Counted from the first letter of the stretch, positions 9,405 to 20,649 are shown. The stretch is 64,000 nt of DNA from an uncultured Verrucomicrobiae bacterium (GCA_963707025.1 CAVPOM010000006.1:352001-416000); one strand, 5' to 3'. Notes: generated by a model not told the origin, from the letters alone. Numbers and translations are program-made.

Positions 9405-11300
9405 TCACTTCCCGGTCGGCGGCCGGAAATCCGCCAGGGAAAGCTGGGGCACATATACGCCCAGGTAGTCGCGCCGCCACCACTGCCCGGTGGCCCGGCG
9501 CGCGGCCGGGTCGGTGAAGTGATATTGGTAGAGCAGGGCGCGGATGTATTTGGGCGGGGCTTGCGGGAAAGGATTGCGCGCCAGCAGAGCGACCACGGGC
9601 GGGGAGTTTGTCAATAATTGTTTTTCCAGGCTGAGAAACCAGTAATTCTGTTCCACCGGGCCGAGCGCGGCGAACCACATCTGCCAATCCAGCCGCGGCT
9701 GATAGGGCGCGACGAAGGCCGGGCGGCGTTTGAGATCGCCGGGCTTGTATTTGAATTCGTAATCTTCCCAGGTCTGCCCGTCGTTGCTGCCTTGCACGAT
9801 GATTTCCGGGCGGGTTTGGGTCATGACCGCAAAAAGGCCGTAGCCGTTGAAACTTTGGAACGGACCGAGCCAGCGGAGAAGGGCTGCCAGCCCGCGGGGC
9901 GGTGGCTGCGGTCCGGGTTTTGCCACGGGCAGCGTCAGGGTGGTCATCAACACCACGAGCGCCGAAAAAGGGGCGGTCATTTGCCACGGCCAGCGCGCGC
10001 CGGAGGGGTGGGGGAGCGCATGGCGGAATCGTTCCGGCGCGATGGGCCGCAGCGCGCCGTCATCGAGCAGGGAAAGACACAAAAGAATGGTCAGCCCATT
10101 GAAGAAAGTATAGTTGCCGGTGAGCAGAATGAGCGCCTGGAACAGGGTGAAGAGGCCGGCGGCGAGCAGGCGCGGTTTGCGTCCGCAAAAAATCAGAAAC
10201 GGCACCGCCAGTTCGATGACAAACATGAGCAGGCAGCAGACGTTTTGCACGCGGGCCGGGAGTTGATGGGCGTACCAGCCGATCCAGGTCGGCAGGGGTT
10301 GGGTTTCGTAATGCACCCGCAGCGCGGTGAGATGCCGCCAGGTCTCATCGCCGCTGGCCAGCTTGACCCAGCCGGACCGGAACATCAGGCGGAAGAGCAG
10401 CCAGCGCAGCAGCCACAGCACCAGACGCGACGGCCCCGGCTGGCGCAACGGGCGTTCCACCCATTGCAGCGGGGCGAAGAAGATGGCCAGGAAGCCCGTT
10501 TCCAGGAGAAGGGCGTCCCATTGGAAATTGAGAAACGGACTGGCCATGGTTGACAGGGAAAGATAAATGGCCCAGAGGAGAAAGAGGGCCGGGGCGGGGG
10601 CGATCCCCGCCAGTAATAATATTGACAATCCGATGCCCGCGCCGCATTGCCAGTGCAGCGCGCCGTCGCTCGCGCTCCACCAGCCCAGGGTGGGAACCTG
10701 GTGGAAACGGTCCGCGCCGAGGTGCTGCTCGGACACGATTTTTTTGAGGTTCTCCATCAAGTTTTGGGCCGGAGCGATGCCCTGGCTGCCGATCAGGCCG
10801 TCCATTTGCATCCAGAGCGAGGCGAAGGCGATGAGGTAAATCAAAGCCAGCCCGCGCAGAAACAACCAGCGAACCAAAACGTTCTGGCGCGGGGCCAACT
10901 CGGTCCCAAGAAAAAAGCCGTCCAACCGGGAAAGGAACTCGCGGTGCGCGGCCACCTGCTCATAAAGCCATTCCGTCAGCGCGGCGAAGGGGGGAACCTT
11001 GCGGTAGCACCAAAAAAGCCAGCGCTCCGCTCCGCCCGCCGCCAGCGAGCGGAAAACGGCGTCCGCTCCCGTATGCACCGCGCCGTCCGGCAGGAGCAAG
11101 TGGATGGCTTGTTCAAAATCGCCCCGCGGAATTTCGGGATATTGCTGTGCGACCGTTTCATCCTGAAACGGCATATAATCCACCGCCTCCCCGGTGGCGC
11201 GCCGCCAGCGGGCGGCCCAGCGGCGGCAGAATCCGCAATCGCCGTCGAAAATCAGCAGCGGCCTGGGCGGGGGTGAAGCGACTGGGAGCTCATTGGGCAC
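9405..11300 (-). CDS. Lipase maturation factor (LMF) family membrane protein with N-terminal DCC1/DUF393 thiol-disulfide domain
   Basis: N-terminal IFDGDCGFC; LMF motifs FQWDALLLETGF, HYETQPLP, YGLFAVMT, YEFKYKPGD, YQPRLDWQMWFAAL. Confidence 0.92.
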   Translation of the reverse strand: MPNELPVASPPPRPLLIFDGDCGFCRRWAARWRRATGEAVDYMPFQDETVAQQYPEIPRGDFEQAIHLLLPDGAVHTGADAVFRSLAAGGAERWLFWCYRKVPPFAALTEWLYEQVAAHREFLSRLDGFFLGTELAPRQNVLVRWLFLRGLALIYLIAFASLWMQMDGLIGSQGIAPAQNLMENLKKIVSEQHLGADRFHQVPTLGWWSASDGALHWQCGAGIGLSILLLAGIAPAPALFLLWAIYLSLSTMASPFLNFQWDALLLETGFLAIFFAPLQWVERPLRQPGPSRLVLWLLRWLLFRLMFRSGWVKLASGDETWRHLTALRVHYETQPLPTWIGWYAHQLPARVQNVCCLLMFVIELAVPFLIFCGRKPRLLAAGLFTLFQALILLTGNYTFFNGLTILLCLSLLDDGALRPIAPERFRHALPHPSGARWPWQMTAPFSALVVLMTTLTLPVAKPGPQPPPRGLAALLRWLGPFQSFNGYGLFAVMTQTRPEIIVQGSNDGQTWEDYEFKYKPGDLKRRPAFVAPYQPRLDWQMWFAALGPVEQNYWFLSLEKQLLTNSPPVVALLARNPFPQAPPKYIRALLYQYHFTDPAARRATGQWWRRDYLGVYVPQLSLADFRPPTGK

Positions 11301-11320
11301 AAGCCAGTGGTTTTAACTTT

Positions 11321-12637
11321 CTAAAAGTGGGCGATGATGTTGTCGCCGAATTCGGAGCATTTGATTTCTTTGGCGCCTTCCATCTGGCGGGCGAAATCGT
11401 AGGTGACGCGCTGGGAGGCAATCGCGCCGTGGAGGCCTTTCAAAATCAAATCGGCCGCTTCCGTCCAGCCGAGGTAACGCAACATCATTTCGCCGCTCAA
11501 CACCACGCTGCCGGGGTTGACCTTGTCCTGGTTGGCGTATTTGGGGGCGGTGCCGTGGGTGGCTTCAAAGATGGCGTGGCCGGTGATGTAATTGATGTTG
11601 CCGCCCGGGGCGATGCCGATGCCGCCGACCTGCGCGGCCAGGGCGTCGCTCAGGTAATCGCCGTTGAGATTCAAGGTGGCGAGGACATCGAATTCTTCCG
11701 CGCGGGTGAGGACCTGCTGGAGGGCGATGTCGGCAATGGCATCTTTGATGACGAGGCCGGCGCCGGGTTTGCCCTCCGGGATTTTGCACCAGGGGCCGCT
11801 GTCCATCTCGACTGCGCCGAAGAATTCTCTGGCCACCTGGTAGCCCCAGTCGCGAAACGCGCCTTCGGTGTATTTCATGATGTTGCCCTTGTGGACGAGG
11901 GTGACGCTGCGGCGTTTGAATTTGATGGCGTAGCTCATCGCGCTGTGCAGCAGGCGCACACAACCGCTGTAGCTGACCGGCTTGAGGCCCAGGCCAACCC
12001 GCACGTCGGTGGGAAAATCTTTCGCGCCCACGGCAGCCCAGAAGGCGGTGGCCTTTTCCCGGGTGCCGAAGCGGATTTTGTCGAAGCTCTTGGGAAATTC
12101 CCGGGCGAGGATGTCGAGGAGCTTTTGCGCTTCGGGCGTGCCGGGGGCGTACTCGATGCCGGCGTAAATGTCCTCGGTGTTTTCGCGGAAGATGACCATG
12201 TCCACTTTCTCGGGATGTTTGACCGGGGAGGGGACGCCGGCGAAGTATTGCACCGGGCGCAGGCAGACGTAGAGATCGAGCATTTGCCGCAGGGCCACGT
12301 TAAGGGAGCGGATGCCGCCGCCGACCGGCGTGGTGAGCGGCCCTTTGATGCCGACCAGGAATTCCTGGAAGGCGGTGACGGTTTCGTCCGGCAGCCAGTT
12401 GTTGAATCTTTTGAAGGCCTCCGCGCCGGCATGGACCTCGAACCAGGCGATTTGCCGTTCCCCGCGATAGGCGGCCCGAACGGCGGCGTCGAAGACCCGG
12501 ACGCTGGCGGCCCAGATGTCCGGCCCGGTGCCGTCGCCGCGAATAAAGGGGATGATAGGATTATGGGGAACCTTGAGTTTGCCTTGGGCGATGGTGATTT
12601 TCCCGCCGGCGGGAGGAGTGACGTCTTTATAGGCCAT
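11321..12637 (-). CDS. icd: NADP-dependent isocitrate dehydrogenase
   Basis: [70 protein letters not shown]. Confidence 0.97.
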   Translation of the reverse strand: MAYKDVTPPAGGKITIAQGKLKVPHNPIIPFIRGDGTGPDIWAASVRVFDAAVRAAYRGERQIAWFEVHAGAEAFKRFNNWLPDETVTAFQEFLVGIKGPLTTPVGGGIRSLNVALRQMLDLYVCLRPVQYFAGVPSPVKHPEKVDMVIFRENTEDIYAGIEYAPGTPEAQKLLDILAREFPKSFDKIRFGTREKATAFWAAVGAKDFPTDVRVGLGLKPVSYSGCVRLLHSAMSYAIKFKRRSVTLVHKGNIMKYTEGAFRDWGYQVAREFFGAVEMDSGPWCKIPEGKPGAGLVIKDAIADIALQQVLTRAEEFDVLATLNLNGDYLSDALAAQVGGIGIAPGGNINYITGHAIFEATHGTAPKYANQDKVNPGSVVLSGEMMLRYLGWTEAADLILKGLHGAIASQRVTYDFARQMEGAKEIKCSEFGDNIIAHF

Positions 12638-12761
12638 ATTCAATGAATTTAAAATTGGCCTTCACAAATAAAGGCAATTGGTTGGAATGCAAGCCGGGAA
12701 TAGGGCAGGCGCGAAGGCGCAAGGCGGATGTGATGAATTTCAGTTTTATGGGTGACTGAGG

Positions 12762-12909
12762 CCCTCACCCTGACCCTCTCCCGAGGGGAGAGGGAACAGC
12801 AATCGGCCGTCATTGGCTGGCGGGCGGTTGACCGGCGAACGCAGTCGCGGTTGTTTCAGCGAGACGGCCGATGATTCTCCCTCTCCTAGAGGAGAGGGCC
12901 GGGGTGAGG
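12762..12909. repeat. Inverted pair of CCCTCTCC..GGAGAGGG REP-like hairpins
   Basis: ccctcaccctgaccctctcccgaggggagaggg and ccctctcctagaggagagggccggggtgagg. Confidence 0.8.
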
Positions 12910-13057
12910 TCGAGCTCTTCAACTGATTCTTCCGCCAGACTCGGGAGGAGCCTGAGGCACCAAGCGACTCAATGGCGGCGAATCGGGGGCATGGAATGGG
13001 AGAAGCTACGGCGCGACCCGTCCCATGGTTGCGCACAACGTTCGCGGGATCGAAAAC

Positions 13058-13363
13058 CTAGCCTGGTTTTGTTGATGCACACGCCTTGGCCATTCTGGAG
13101 TGACGAAGTGATCTTAAGATTCCCGTAACTGCAAGAGGGATGCACACAACGCAACCCACAAAATCCTGTTCCCAACAGAGGCTCGTCCCGCCGATGACAA
13201 TCCCGGCAACCAACGCGAGCAGTAGCAGGCTCATCCCTGAATTCTCCTGCTTGGTCGAACATCGAGGACAACCGAATTGCCGCAAGAAACCCATCTTCTT
13301 TTCAATTCTGCAATCGCCTTGCTTCACCCAGGCAGCACAACTTGGACAAAAATGGCTGCGCAT
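13058..13363 (-). CDS. Small hypothetical membrane protein with Zn-ribbon-like N-terminus
   Basis: MRSHFCPSC...CPRC followed by two hydrophobic segments; lower GC. Confidence 0.55.
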   Translation of the reverse strand: MRSHFCPSCAAWVKQGDCRIEKKMGFLRQFGCPRCSTKQENSGMSLLLLALVAGIVIGGTSLCWEQDFVGCVVCIPLAVTGILRSLRHSRMAKACASTKPG

Positions 13364-13778
13364 AGCACTTGCTCGATTTTTCAATCCGAGTCTATCAATC
13401 GCCCGTAACATTGGAAAGCAGAAAGGATGATGTGGTTGGGCCTCGAACAGAAGGAAAAGAAGGCAACGAAGATCAGGCGGAAGGCGGGGGGGCGGCGAGG
13501 GGTTGGAATTGAGCACGGATGGCGGGGTTTCTATTTTGTGGCCAGAGAAATGTCACGGCTCGACGGAGTCTCGCCCTCTACCGGGAAAAATGGCAAGGGA
13601 TGCCACGGGGTTTTGAAGATTCGAGATTCGAGGTGTGCGGCCGAATTTAATTGCAAATTGGGCGCGGAATGGTGAACTGGAAAAGTATGTTTCCTCCGCA
13701 GAATTTATCCAGCGGTGCCGGCGCGGAATCTCGCGCCCGGCTGGCGAAAATTCGCCGGCAATTGCCCGCTTTCAAAAG

Positions 13779-15974
13779 ATGAAACCAAAATTTGTTTTCC
13801 ATTCAATTGCCGCCTTCGCCCTGCTGGCGACGACGCCGGTAGCGCCCGCGCAGGGCAGCGGGGGAAATGCCGGTTCGCGGTCCATCCCCGTTGTCACGGC
13901 GCGTTCCTCGCTGGCGCTGTCCATCGGCGCCGACGGACGGCTTTATCAGCTTCACTATGGCAGTACGGATTTCAACGTTACCGTGCCCAGGGGCGGGCCG
14001 GGGCGCGAACTGGAATTTTACCCGCAATACGGCGACGGCTTGGACGAAAGTTTCATTCCCCGGCCGGCCCTGCAAGCGACTCACGCGGACGGCAACATGT
14101 CCACGGATTTGACATACGTGAAGCACAGCGTCGAGGAGGTTGAACCGAACATCACGCTCACGCGCATCGAGTTGCAAGACCCGGCCTATCCGTTTTTCGT
14201 CACCTTATGCCTGAAAAGTTATCACGAGGAGGACATGATCGAGCAGTGGACGGAAATCCACCACGAGGAAACCGGCCCGGTGGTTTTGTATCGTTATGCG
14301 TCGTGCGCGCCGCTGTTGCTGGCGAAAGAATACTGGCTGACGCTATTTCACGGCGACTACGCGCACGAGGCGGCACTGGCGGAAGAAAAGCTGGGGCCGG
14401 GACTCAAAGTGCTGGATTCGCACATTGGCGTGCGCGCCACCCGCTATTGTCTCCCGTCGTTCATCCTTTCCCTGGACGGCCCCGCCGCCGAGGAGACCGG
14501 CCAGGCGGTGGGCGGTTCGCTGGAGTGGTCCGGCAGTTTTGAAATCGCTTTCGAGCAGGACCCAAAAAATCATTTGCGCGCGCTCTGCGGCATCAATCCG
14601 CTGGGCGAACAATATCACTTGAAGCGCGGCGAAGTTTTCACAACGCCGGCGATGCTCTGGACCTGGAGCGCCAGCGGCAAAGGCCAGGTCAGCCGGAATT
14701 TTCACCGCTGGGCCTTGCGTTACGGCATCCGGGATGGGGGCAAGCCGCGTCCGGTCCTGCTCAATAATTGGGAGGCGACCGGCATGAACTTTGATGAAAA
14801 CCTCATCGTCTCCCTCTTCGATGGCGCCAAAGAAATCGGCGCCGACACTTTTCTGCTGGACGACGGCTGGTTTGGCAACGCCCATCCCCGCAACCGGGAC
14901 AACGCCGGCCTGGGCGACTGGCAGGCCAACACCAACAAGCTGCCGCACGGTCTTTCCCATCTGGCCGAAGCGGCCAGCCAGCGCGGGGTGAATTTCGGCA
15001 TTTGGATCGAGCCGGAAATGGTCAATCCGTCCAGCGACCTTTATGCCAGGCATCCGGAGTGGGCCATGCAGCAGCCGCATCGCAAAGCGGACTTGAGCCG
15101 CAACCAGCTCAACCTGGATTTGAGCCGCCCGGCCGTGCGCGATTTTGCCTGGAGCGTCGTGGACGAAACGCTCGGCACCCGCGGGGTGGCCTATGTGAAA
15201 TGGGATTGCAACCGCTTCGTCACCCAACCGGGGTCAACTTATTTGCCGTCCGACCGGCAGTCCGATCTGCTGGTGGATTACAACTTCGCGCTCTACGAGG
15301 TGATGGCGCGCATGGTGAAAAAATATCCGCAGATCATGGCCATGGAATGCTCCGGCGGATCGGGCCGCGCGGATTACGGCGCGCTGAAATACTTTGATTC
15401 CTTCTGGCCGAGCGACAACACCGACCCGCGCGACCGGGTGAAAATCCAATGGGGTTTCAGCCACTTTTTCCCAGCCGCGACCCTGGCCGCGCACGTCACC
15501 AAAATGGGCAATCGTCCGCTGAAATTCGCGCTGGATGTGGCCATGAGCGGCGCCCTGGGCGTGGACCTGGACCTGCGCAAACTTTCCTCCGAGCAGCGCC
15601 AGGCGCTGGCGGCCGGCATCGCCCTTTACAAGGAGAAAATCCGCGACGTGGTTGAGCAGGGCGACCTTTACCGTTTGCAATCGCCCTACGAGAAACCGCG
15701 CGCGGCGCTGAATTATGTTTCCACCGACCGTTCCCGCGCGGTGCTCTTTGTCTATCAACTCGAAGATGCCACGGCCGAAGCGGTCAAACCGCGCGGCCTG
15801 GATCCGCAGAGGCGTTACCACATTTCCGAACTCAACCTGCCCGCCGGCGCCAAATCACAACTCCCCGGCGACGGACAGACGGCGGACGGCGCAACCCTGC
15901 TGCGGGATGGCCTGGTGCCGCCCTGCGAAAAGCAATTTCAGAGCGCGGTCATCGAACTGGCCGCCGAAAAATAA
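13779..15974 (+). CDS. Secreted alpha-galactosidase, GH36
   Basis: Signal peptide; LLNNWEA, LLDDGWFG, FGIWIEPEMV, YVKWDCNR, CSGGSGR, WPSDNTD. Start reassigned to 13779. Confidence 0.93.
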   Translation: MKPKFVFHSIAAFALLATTPVAPAQGSGGNAGSRSIPVVTARSSLALSIGADGRLYQLHYGSTDFNVTVPRGGPGRELEFYPQYGDGLDESFIPRPALQATHADGNMSTDLTYVKHSVEEVEPNITLTRIELQDPAYPFFVTLCLKSYHEEDMIEQWTEIHHEETGPVVLYRYASCAPLLLAKEYWLTLFHGDYAHEAALAEEKLGPGLKVLDSHIGVRATRYCLPSFILSLDGPAAEETGQAVGGSLEWSGSFEIAFEQDPKNHLRALCGINPLGEQYHLKRGEVFTTPAMLWTWSASGKGQVSRNFHRWALRYGIRDGGKPRPVLLNNWEATGMNFDENLIVSLFDGAKEIGADTFLLDDGWFGNAHPRNRDNAGLGDWQANTNKLPHGLSHLAEAASQRGVNFGIWIEPEMVNPSSDLYARHPEWAMQQPHRKADLSRNQLNLDLSRPAVRDFAWSVVDETLGTRGVAYVKWDCNRFVTQPGSTYLPSDRQSDLLVDYNFALYEVMARMVKKYPQIMAMECSGGSGRADYGALKYFDSFWPSDNTDPRDRVKIQWGFSHFFPAATLAAHVTKMGNRPLKFALDVAMSGALGVDLDLRKLSSEQRQALAAGIALYKEKIRDVVEQGDLYRLQSPYEKPRAALNYVSTDRSRAVLFVYQLEDATAEAVKPRGLDPQRRYHISELNLPAGAKSQLPGDGQTADGATLLRDGLVPPCEKQFQSAVIELAAEK

Positions 15975-15975
15975 A

Positions 15976-18948
15976 ATGCCCGTTGTCGCAACAAGCATGT
16001 CTTGCGTTATGCTCCAATCCCGGCTGGTAGGGCGGGTCCCGAAATTTCGGGACCCGCCGCACGACAATAGTCCGGCGTTGGTTCCTCCGCTAGAGCGGAT
16101 CAAAAAATGGTGTAGCCAAAATGAAGCTCCTCCCTCTCCTCCTCAGGAGGAGAGGGCCGGGGAGAGGAGGACGTTTTGTCGGCTTCTGTGCGGCTGCAGT
16201 TTTCATGAAATTGCTTTAATTCCCGACGGCGGGCAGCGGAGTGCCCGCCCTGCCTTTCCCGGCTCACCCAAGACCAACGCATTCCTGTTTCGCCGGGTCT
16301 TCCGTTGCCTGGGACTGCTTTTGCCCCTCTTCTTCCCGGCGCAAATTGTTTTCCCGCAAACCACCAACGAAGCGGCCTCGGCGGCCCTGGCCAACGGCGC
16401 GCACTCGGCCAATTGCCCGGGCTGTTCCGGCGGCCGGCAGGTCGAAGACATCGGCGGTGAAAATTCCGGCACGGTCACCTTTCAACACCTCCTGGCGCCC
16501 ATCGCCGGCTTGTATCCGATGACGGTGCTTTACAATGTCGGCGACGACCGCTCCTTCCTCATCACGGTCAACACCAACGCCCGGTTCGACCTGATTTTTC
16601 CCAGGACCAGCCGCCGCAATTCCAATGTTGACAGCAGCAAGACCGTCCTGGTTCCACTCAACACGGGCGAAAATACCATTGTGTTCGGCAACGCCGAAGA
16701 ATCCGGCCCGGACCTGGACAGCATCGTCATTGGGGAGGCTCCCGTCGAATCATTCCGCATTGCCGGCGCCGTCAAAAACGCGGACGGCTCGCCTTTGGCC
16801 GGCGCTGAAGTTTTGCTTTCCGGCCCGTTCACCATGAAAACGATGACGGACGCGCAAGGCCGGTATGAATTTCCTTTTTTGCCCAAAGCCGATTATTACG
16901 TGCGCGCCGCGTCCGGGCAAAAGCTCTTTTCTCCGTTTGAGAATTATGCTCCCGCGCCCGGCGCCAATGCGGAAAATCAAAATTTCACGGCCAGAGAGTT
17001 CGCCGCCAGCGCCGGGGACATATCGGTCATGCAGTTGGGCAAATGGCGCATCGAGTATGACCTGGCGGGCGGCGTGGCGGATATTTTTTGCGACGGAAAA
17101 CTCTTGATTGCCCAAGCCTTCGCCGTGGCGCGCCTGCCGGAGACGGTGACGAGCATGGACTACAAGACGCACAAGGTGACGCATGAAACTGTCCGGGACC
17201 GCTTCGGGCGCGGAATAAAATTTGTGGTGGAATCAGCCAATGGCGGCGGCGGGAAAATGGCGCAGACGTTCTGGCTCTATGAAAATGCGGATTTTTTCCT
17301 GACTGAAATGGCCGTTGCTTCAGACGCGGGACTGAGCGCCAATTTCATGTCCCCGCTCACCTCGCAGAGGCCGTCGCATTTTCTTCCCGCCGGCGACAAC
17401 CGCGCCTTGTTCGTGCCCTTCGACAACGACAAGTGGATTCGCTACGACGCTTTCCCGTTTGGCGGCGAGGTGACCAGCCATGAAGTGACCGCGCTGTATG
17501 AAAACACCAGCCGGCGCGGTCTGATCGCCGGCTCGATTGAACACGGCGCCTGGAAAACCGGGGTCAGGTCATCCACCGCCTCCAACGCCATCACCAGCCT
17601 GGAAATTTTTGGCGGCTTCACCTCCAGCAAAACGCGCGACGTCCTGCCGCACGGAAAAATCAGCGGCCAAACCATTGGCTCTCCCAAAGTTTTCATCGGC
17701 GCTTTTGCCGACTGGCGTGACGGGCTGGCCGCTTATGCGCAAGCCAATGCGGTGGCCGCGCCGCCGCGCCTCTGGACCAGGGGCGTTCCCTTCGGCTGGA
17801 ACAGTTGGGGGAAATTGCAGGGCAGAATTTCCTTTCAGAAGGCGGTCCAGGTTTCGGATTTCTTTGCCACAGAACTTCCCCGGTTCGAAAACGACGGCGT
17901 GGTTTATGTCGGGCTGGATTCCGGCTGGAACAGATTCGCCGACGCCCAGTTGAAAGAATTTGCGGACCACTGCCGCTCCAATCATCAGGAAGCCGGGATT
18001 TATTTCACGCCCTTTGCCAGTTTTGGGAGGAATGACGATTCCACCGTCGCTGGCACGGATTACACCTTCAAGGACCTCTATCTCTATGCCAACGGACAAA
18101 AACAAACCCTGGAAGGCGGCACGGCGCTGGACCCGACGCACCCCGGCACCAGGAAATTGATTGCCGACACCATCGCCCGCTTCAAGCAAGCCGGCTTCAA
18201 ATATGTCAAGGCTGACTTTCTGACGCAGGGCGCGCTGGAAGCCGATAAACACTTTGACCCGCGCGTCACCACCGGTCTCCAGGCTTACAACGAAGGCATG
18301 AAATTTGTGTCCGAAACGATGGGCGACGGCCTTTATCTCAACCTGTCCATCTCGCCCTTGTTTCCGGCGCAATACGCCAACTCGCGCCGCATCGCCTGCG
18401 ACACCTTCGGCGACATCGGCAAAACCGCCTACACGCTCAACTCCCTCACCTACGGCTGGTGGTTGTCCGGCGTCTATGATTTCAATGACGCCGACCATGT
18501 GGTGCTGGACGGCTACAGTGAAGGCGAAAACCGGGCGCGCGCCACCTCCTCCGTCATCACGGGAATTTTCATCTCGGGCGATGATTTCAGCCAGGGCGGA
18601 AGCGCCGCGGGCAAGGAACGCGCCAAAATATTCCTGAACAATGCGGAGATCAACGCCGTCGCCAAAATCAAAAAATCGTTCCGTCCCGTGGAGGGCAACA
18701 CCGCCAATCGCGCGGCCAATCTGTTTTCCTACGAAGATAAAGACTGTTTTTATCTCGCCGCCTTCAACTACTCCAAGACCAACGCCAGTTTCACCGTGGA
18801 CTTCCACCAATTGGGCCTGAAAACACGCGGGCCAATCGAGGCGGAAGAACTCTGGAGCGGCGTGGTCAGCCAAGTGTCAAATCCGATGACCATCCAGTTT
18901 GAATCCGCTGACGCCCGCCTCTATAAATTCCATAAAATCAAGCCGTGA
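15976..18948 (+). CDS. Multidomain alpha-galactosidase-like glycoside hydrolase (CBM35-like + carboxypeptidase-regulatory-like + GH36/27-like); true start uncertain
   Basis: CPGCSGG..V.DIGG and GPDLDSI (CBM35-like); [42 protein letters not shown]. The first ~100 codons run through REP elements. Confidence 0.85.
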   Translation: MPVVATSMSCVMLQSRLVGRVPKFRDPPHDNSPALVPPLERIKKWCSQNEAPPSPPQEERAGERRTFCRLLCGCSFHEIALIPDGGQRSARPAFPGSPKTNAFLFRRVFRCLGLLLPLFFPAQIVFPQTTNEAASAALANGAHSANCPGCSGGRQVEDIGGENSGTVTFQHLLAPIAGLYPMTVLYNVGDDRSFLITVNTNARFDLIFPRTSRRNSNVDSSKTVLVPLNTGENTIVFGNAEESGPDLDSIVIGEAPVESFRIAGAVKNADGSPLAGAEVLLSGPFTMKTMTDAQGRYEFPFLPKADYYVRAASGQKLFSPFENYAPAPGANAENQNFTAREFAASAGDISVMQLGKWRIEYDLAGGVADIFCDGKLLIAQAFAVARLPETVTSMDYKTHKVTHETVRDRFGRGIKFVVESANGGGGKMAQTFWLYENADFFLTEMAVASDAGLSANFMSPLTSQRPSHFLPAGDNRALFVPFDNDKWIRYDAFPFGGEVTSHEVTALYENTSRRGLIAGSIEHGAWKTGVRSSTASNAITSLEIFGGFTSSKTRDVLPHGKISGQTIGSPKVFIGAFADWRDGLAAYAQANAVAAPPRLWTRGVPFGWNSWGKLQGRISFQKAVQVSDFFATELPRFENDGVVYVGLDSGWNRFADAQLKEFADHCRSNHQEAGIYFTPFASFGRNDDSTVAGTDYTFKDLYLYANGQKQTLEGGTALDPTHPGTRKLIADTIARFKQAGFKYVKADFLTQGALEADKHFDPRVTTGLQAYNEGMKFVSETMGDGLYLNLSISPLFPAQYANSRRIACDTFGDIGKTAYTLNSLTYGWWLSGVYDFNDADHVVLDGYSEGENRARATSSVITGIFISGDDFSQGGSAAGKERAKIFLNNAEINAVAKIKKSFRPVEGNTANRAANLFSYEDKDCFYLAAFNYSKTNASFTVDFHQLGLKTRGPIEAEELWSGVVSQVSNPMTIQFESADARLYKFHKIKP
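16026..16256. repeat. Nested REP elements: GGTAGGGCGGG..CCCGCCCTGCC pair enclosing a CCCTCTCC..GGAGAGGG hairpin
   Basis: ggtagggcgggtcccgaaatttcgggacccgccg (16026), ccctctcctcctcaggaggagaggg (16132), cggcgggcagcggagtgcccgccctgcc (about 16228-16255). Confidence 0.7.
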
Positions 18949-18968
18949 CCTTCTCCATTATGCCATCC

Positions 18969-19993
18969 ATGAAAAACGTGTTGACTTATCTCGCCCTGAT
19001 TCTGTTCGCGTCCGGGGTTTCTCCAGCCGCCCAAACCACGCCGCCGGCTCCGGCCGCGCCCCGGGGAGGCGGCGGGCGCGGCCCGGCCAACACGAACGAT
19101 TTGTTCTACCGGCTCGGACCGGATTCCCGGCCGATGGACGGCGTGCCGAAAGGGAAATTCGCCGGGCCGAAGATCCTTCCCAGCAAGGTCTTTCCCGGCA
19201 CACAGCACACTTATGACGTTTATGTCCCGGCGCAATACGACCCGGCCCAGCCGGCCGCCCTGATGATCTTCAACGACGGCCCGGCCATGAAGGCTGTGCC
19301 GGGCGACGTGCAAGCGCAGAATGTCCTGGACAACCTGATCTTCCGCCGCGAAATACCGGTGATGCTCGGCGTGTTCATCAGCCCGGGCCGGCGCCGGACC
19401 AGCCCGAACCGACGCCGCAGGATTGGGGCGACAACACCTCCAATCGCCGCGACGAATACAACCCGCCCACCGAGCAGTACGCCCGCGTCATCGTGGAGGA
19501 GTTGATGCCGGCGTTGCAAAAGGATTACAATATCTCCCCCGACCCCGGCCTGCACGGCATCATGGGAGCCAGTTCCGGCGGATGCGCCGCCTTTGGCGTG
19601 GCCTGGTTCAGGCCGGACGATTTCCGCAAAGTGATTACCATTGTGGGCAGCTTCACCAGCATCCGCGGTGAGTACATTTATCCCGAACTGGTCGCGGCCA
19701 CTGAGAAAAAGCCGATCCGGATCTTCATGCAGGACGGCCGCAACGACAATCGCCGGCCGGGCAATCCCAACGGGGACTGGTTTTACCAGAACGTGCGCTT
19801 GATGAACGCACTGACCAGGGAAGGTTACGAAGTCAATTACACTTGGGGCATCGGCAATCACGGGCAGAAGCAGGGCGGGGCGGTTTTCCCCGAGATGATG
19901 CGCTGGCTCTGGCGCGACCAGCCGGTTTCCACCGATCCGGAGGACCAGGCGGAGCGGTCGTTCCGCGCCCCGGCCATCCCGCCGCCCAAGTAA
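18969..19993 (+). pseudogene. Secreted esterase (enterochelin-esterase-like alpha/beta hydrolase), split by a 1-nt deletion near 19394 (possibly a sequencing error)
   Basis: YVPAQYD, IFNDG, then GASSGG nucleophile elbow in another frame. Adding one C restores [27 protein letters not shown]. Confidence 0.85.
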
Positions 19994-20004
19994 GTTAAAA
20001 AAGC

Positions 20005-20033
20005 TTGTAACCTGCCGACGGCGAATATAGTCT
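20005..20033 (+). promoter_or_regulatory. Candidate promoter TTGTAA-N17-TAGTCT
   Basis: Spacing and near-consensus boxes upstream of 20125. Confidence 0.45.
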
Positions 20034-20124
20034 TTCTAATAAGCGAGCCTCGGAGAGAATGCGCACGAAGTGTGTTCTTTGCCGGGGCTTGAAAATTGAC
20101 AACTAAACGAAATCCTAAAAAAGT

Positions 20125-20634
20125 ATGAAATTGATATCGAAATCTTTGTTGAAAGTGCTTGCCTGCACGGCAGTTGCGCTTGGAGCGGTCACTCTGGCCC
20201 AGGCGCAGATGAAGGCGGTTGACCCTTCGGGAACCTGGACATGGACCGGCGGCGGCCGTGGCGGTGGCGGCGGTGGCGGCGGTGGCGGCGGTCGCGGTGG
20301 TCGCGGCGGTGGCGGAACCAATATGCTGGTTTTGAAGTATGAGGGCGGCAAACTGACGGGCACATGGCAAGGTCCCGCAAGGGGTGCGCGCCGTGGCGCG
20401 AATGCCGACGCGACGACCCCCCCGCCGGCCCCCACGCCTGCTCCCAAGGTGGAGATTAAGGATGGCAAGGTAGATGGGGACACGGTTTCCTTCTCGGTTA
20501 CCTCCAGCCGGGGCGGCAATGACACCACGACCGTTTACAAAGGCAAGGTCACCGCTGACAAAATCACCGGCACAAGGACGGTAGGCGACAACGACCCTGT
20601 GGATTGGGTCGCCACCAAGGCGCCAAAGATGTAA
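20125..20634 (+). CDS. Secreted hypothetical protein with Gly/Arg-rich insertion
   Basis: Signal peptide; VDPSGTWTW...LKYEGGKLTG...DGKVDGDTVSF...YKGKVTADKITG beta-rich domain. Confidence 0.85.
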   Translation: MKLISKSLLKVLACTAVALGAVTLAQAQMKAVDPSGTWTWTGGGRGGGGGGGGGGGRGGRGGGGTNMLVLKYEGGKLTGTWQGPARGARRGANADATTPPPAPTPAPKVEIKDGKVDGDTVSFSVTSSRGGNDTTTVYKGKVTADKITGTRTVGDNDPVDWVATKAPKM

Positions 20635-20649
20635 CGCACGCTTGAATTC

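Noticed and set aside
9266..9454. N-terminal extension of the ECF ORF (also the extensions 13635-13778 and 20642-20938)
   Set aside because: These translate through repeats or promoter DNA; better starts lie downstream.
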